A DNA stretch of 64,000 nt from Candidatus Micrarchaeota archaeon (GTDB lineage: Archaea; Micrarchaeota; Micrarchaeia; Micrarchaeales; CABMGC01): NCBI GenBank assembly GCA_021818925.1, contig JAKASU010000001.1, positions 441,568 to 505,567 of the forward strand, written 5' to 3'. How positions within the stretch are numbered: position 1 is the stretch's first letter; the number at the start of each line of letters is the position of its first letter. The position numbers were made by a program, and so were the translations under genes. The notes under the pieces are model-generated. The model was given only the letters and a program-made list of their open reading frames with translations, had not been told where the DNA came from and made no database searches. Shown one piece after another: positions 61,385 through 64,000 of this stretch.

Positions 61385-62422
61385 CTATTTCTTCTTGCTC
61401 TCCTTGTTCTTTATCGCGAGCCTCACTGATCCGGTGCCGAGGGGTATCTGCTTGCCCACGAGTATGTTCTCGGTCACGCCGCGCATGTGGTCTATCTGTC
61501 CGAACGCCGCCGCGTTTATGAGGTGCTTCACCGTCTCTTCGAATGCGGCCTTCGCGAAGACCGACTCCTTCTTGCCGACTAGGCCGTGCCTTCCTATGCT
61601 CTGTATTGTGCCGTCCGCTGTCATCGCGTCCGCGATGAGCGAGATATGCCTGTCGTTCACGCTTATGTCCTGGTCCTCAAGCGTCTTCATGAGCTCCAGC
61701 GCCAGCGTGTTCCTAGCCGCCTCTATGCCGAAAACTCTGTAAGTGGCGAAGAGGTCGTTGGTGTATATCTTGGCCGGGTCTACCCCCTCGACCTGCATGA
61801 CGGGCTCTATGTTGCTGCCGGCACTCTCTATGTAGAACTCGCCGTTCCTGTCCTGTACGACCATCGCCCTTCCTGCTCCCTCTATCCCGTTGACTATCGC
61901 CTTGGTTATCTTCACCGTGATCCCGCGCACCTCCTTCAGGTTCTTCGTGTGCGTGTTTATGACTATGTTCCCGTGCTCGCCTACCTTGGCGGTGACTCCG
62001 ACCTCCTTGCTCAGCCTCGCGGCCACGGACCTCGCGGTGAGATCAACCGCCTGCATCGCCTGCGAGTTGAGCAATACAAGTATCTTGCCCTTGGAGAAGT
62101 TCTCCACTATCCTGCGCATCACGCTTCCCATCTTTATCTCGCTTATCTTCTTCGCAACCTCGTCGGCTTTGGCGAAGTTCTTTGAGTAGCTCTCCTTGAG
62201 GTAGATGCGCATTATCGGCGATGATGGCATCTTCTTCGCGTCAAGCAGCTCGATTATCCTAGGAAGGCCGGATGTTGCTATCGCCGTGGCAGCCATTCCG
62301 GTCATGTGGAACGTCCTGAGCACCATCTGCGTGCCAGGTTCTCCGAGCGACTGCGCCGCTATCACACCTACCGGTTCCCCGGCCTGAACGTTGTAATCAT
62401 GGTCCTTTGCCATATTGCTCAC
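61385..62422 (-). CDS. rpoA2: DNA-directed RNA polymerase subunit A''
   Basis: GEPVGVIAAQSLGEPGTQM. The start overlaps the rpoA1 stop (GTGA). Confidence 0.95.
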   Translation of the reverse strand: MSNMAKDHDYNVQAGEPVGVIAAQSLGEPGTQMVLRTFHMTGMAATAIATSGLPRIIELLDAKKMPSSPIMRIYLKESYSKNFAKADEVAKKISEIKMGSVMRRIVENFSKGKILVLLNSQAMQAVDLTARSVAARLSKEVGVTAKVGEHGNIVINTHTKNLKEVRGITVKITKAIVNGIEGAGRAMVVQDRNGEFYIESAGSNIEPVMQVEGVDPAKIYTNDLFATYRVFGIEAARNTLALELMKTLEDQDISVNDRHISLIADAMTADGTIQSIGRHGLVGKKESVFAKAAFEETVKHLINAAAFGQIDHMRGVTENILVGKQIPLGTGSVRLAIKNKESKKK

Positions 62423-64000
62423 TTCTTCTGCTGCCTCGCGAACTCCACCTTGGTGGGGTCGAGCGCGTCTCCGCCGTAAATGGTCTCTATCAGGTTGTTG
62501 TTCACATCGCGCACGCTGTTGTCATGGAGCACGTAGTAGTCCTGCAGCGCGTTCGCGAGCCTCCTCTGCAGGTAACCGCTCCTCTGGGTAAGCAGGCCCT
62601 TCTGTATGACCGTGCCCCTTCCTCCTACGGCGTGCATCAGCATCTCTATAGGCGTGAGGCCCTCGAGGAAGCTGCTCTTTACGAATCCCCTCGCTTCGGC
62701 ATCGGTCTTGTTCCTCGGTATGTGAGGCAGGACCCTGTTGGTGTAGTAGCCTCTCCTGATCCTTCCTCCCTCCCTGCTGGCCTGCTGACCCAGGAACATG
62801 CTCATCTGCTCCACGTTGAGTATGCTCGCCCTGGCTCCGGAGTTTGCCATGAGCATCGCGAAGTTCGTGTTGTCTATGCTCTTGCTCAGCATGTTTATCG
62901 CGCTGCCCCTTGCGAGGTCAAGCTCGACCACTATCGTCTGCTCAAGGGACTGCTTGAGCGTCATCCCGAGCAGCGGCTCCAGTTTCTTTGACTTGTACTG
63001 CTCTATCAGCTGCTGCACCTTCGCCTCCGTCTCCGTAAGCAAAGATTCCTTCTCCTTCTTCAGCTGTTCGGTAAGCATGTACTCCTTGACTCCTATCGTG
63101 ACTCCGAAGAGGGTGCAGTAAGCGTAAGCCACCTTCGATGACCTTACCAGGAACTCCTTGAGCGCGTCGTAGCCGTACTCTGCCACGATCGCTATGAAGA
63201 GCTTGTTGGACCTCCCGTCCCCGTACATCTTCTTGTTGACCACTCCCTCGACGAGCTCTCCGTTCTTTATGACGAACTTGTCGTTGCTCGACTGCCACTC
63301 GAAGTTGAGGCCTTTGGGCAGCAGCATCGAGAAGACGCGCTTACCGCTGTACATCCCGTTCCTCTCGGCCTTCGGCAGCTCCCTGACGCCTCCGGTGGAG
63401 AGCAGGTGCTCGGCCTCGTCCTTGCTAAGCATCGTGTCGTCTTGCGTGAGCAGGTACATTCCTATGACGCCGTCCCATCCGTTCGCTATTATGACCGCGC
63501 CGTCCCTTGGCGAGAAGACCTGGTTCTCCACAGCCATGAGGTACTTTGCCTCCGCCTGCGCCTCAAGCGTCTGGGGTATATGCAGGTTCATCTCGTCACC
63601 GTCGAAGTCTGCGTTGTACGGGGCTGTGGCCGGATACGTTATCCTGAATGTCTTGCCGGGGAGCACGACGACCCTGTGGGCCATTATGCTTATCCTGTGA
63701 AGCGAGGGCTGCCTGTTGAAAAGCGCTATGTCTCCGTCTTTCAGCTGGCGCTCCAGTATATAGCCGGGCTTGATCTCCTTGAGAAGCTCCTCCTTGTTGG
63801 TGTCAAGTATGCGCTTGCGCTTGCCGTCGAGCGCGACGACGTTGACCACCATAGGGTACTCGTTCCTCTCAAGCAGCTTCTGCGCCGCCTCCGTGTTCCA
63901 CTCGGTCACGTAGAACGGAACGGTCAGCTTCTCTGCTATGGCCTGCGGAACCCCGACCTCGTCTATGTCTATGGACGGGTCGACGCTGATTACCGTTCTC
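62419..64000 (-). CDS. rpoA1: DNA-directed RNA polymerase subunit A' (partial; N-terminus beyond the window end)
   Basis: NADFDGDEMNLH catalytic loop. The frame stays open to nt 64000 (…VPFYVTEWN…). Confidence 0.95.
   Translation of the reverse strand, partial: RTVISVDPSIDIDEVGVPQAIAEKLTVPFYVTEWNTEAAQKLLERNEYPMVVNVVALDGKRKRILDTNKEELLKEIKPGYILERQLKDGDIALFNRQPSLHRISIMAHRVVVLPGKTFRITYPATAPYNADFDGDEMNLHIPQTLEAQAEAKYLMAVENQVFSPRDGAVIIANGWDGVIGMYLLTQDDTMLSKDEAEHLLSTGGVRELPKAERNGMYSGKRVFSMLLPKGLNFEWQSSNDKFVIKNGELVEGVVNKKMYGDGRSNKLFIAIVAEYGYDALKEFLVRSSKVAYAYCTLFGVTIGVKEYMLTEQLKKEKESLLTETEAKVQQLIEQYKSKKLEPLLGMTLKQSLEQTIVVELDLARGSAINMLSKSIDNTNFAMLMANSGARASILNVEQMSMFLGQQASREGGRIRRGYYTNRVLPHIPRNKTDAEARGFVKSSFLEGLTPIEMLMHAVGGRGTVIQKGLLTQRSGYLQRRLANALQDYYVLHDNSVRDVNNNLIETIYGGDALDPTKVEFARQQKK

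Noticed and set aside
1-64000. Searched by eye for CRISPR arrays, long tandem or direct repeats, transposases, integrases, reverse transcriptases and rRNA genes.
   Set aside because: None were found. Repetitive-looking stretches (Thr-rich linkers near 4950-5000 and 26930-27010, and the Gly/Gln/Pro-rich DnaK tail at 57640-57730) are coding low-complexity regions, not repeats. A computational repeat search would be needed to exclude short dispersed repeats.

Overview
This is a compact, gene-dense archaeal chromosome segment. The archaeal call rests on hallmarks readable in the translations: fibrillarin, TFB, MCM, family-B DNA polymerase, split RNAP A'/A'', an Sm protein, a tRNA with a canonical-position intron, and type IV pilin-like (class III) signal peptides. 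An A/T-rich 'TTTAAAT' box recurs about 25-40 nt upstream of starts. Lineage cannot be fixed without searches; a small-genome DPANN/Micrarchaeota-like organism is only a guess. About 75 protein genes, 4 tRNAs and 1 aberrant tRNA-like element can be supported. Core blocks: rtcB (partial), flpA, lhr with its metallophosphoesterase partner, rnhA, tfb, nfo, mcm, rnhB, nrdJ, map, polB, grpE-dnaK-dnaJ, Sm, rpoA2 and rpoA1 (partial). Accessory or unusual content: (1) a soluble GAF-PAS histidine kinase and a wHTH-REC response regulator whose output domain looks like a degenerate GGDEF/palm cyclase (NGDDF); (2) a five-gene pilin-like operon that includes a 49-aa pilin absent from the ORF track; (3) a divergent locus pairing a polytopic membrane protein (pilin-like glycosylated ectodomain) and three co-directional ORFans with a DUF87/HerA-type ATPase carrying a nuclease-like tail; (4) a low-GC islet bracketed by tRNA genes and a chimeric tRNA-like element; (5) a roughly 9 kb lower-GC block with a nucleotidyltransferase, a degenerate Fic-HEAT protein, a NUDIX hydrolase and a type-1 IDI. 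No CRISPR array, transposase, integrase or rRNA was seen. All functional calls come from motif reading by eye; no database search was run.
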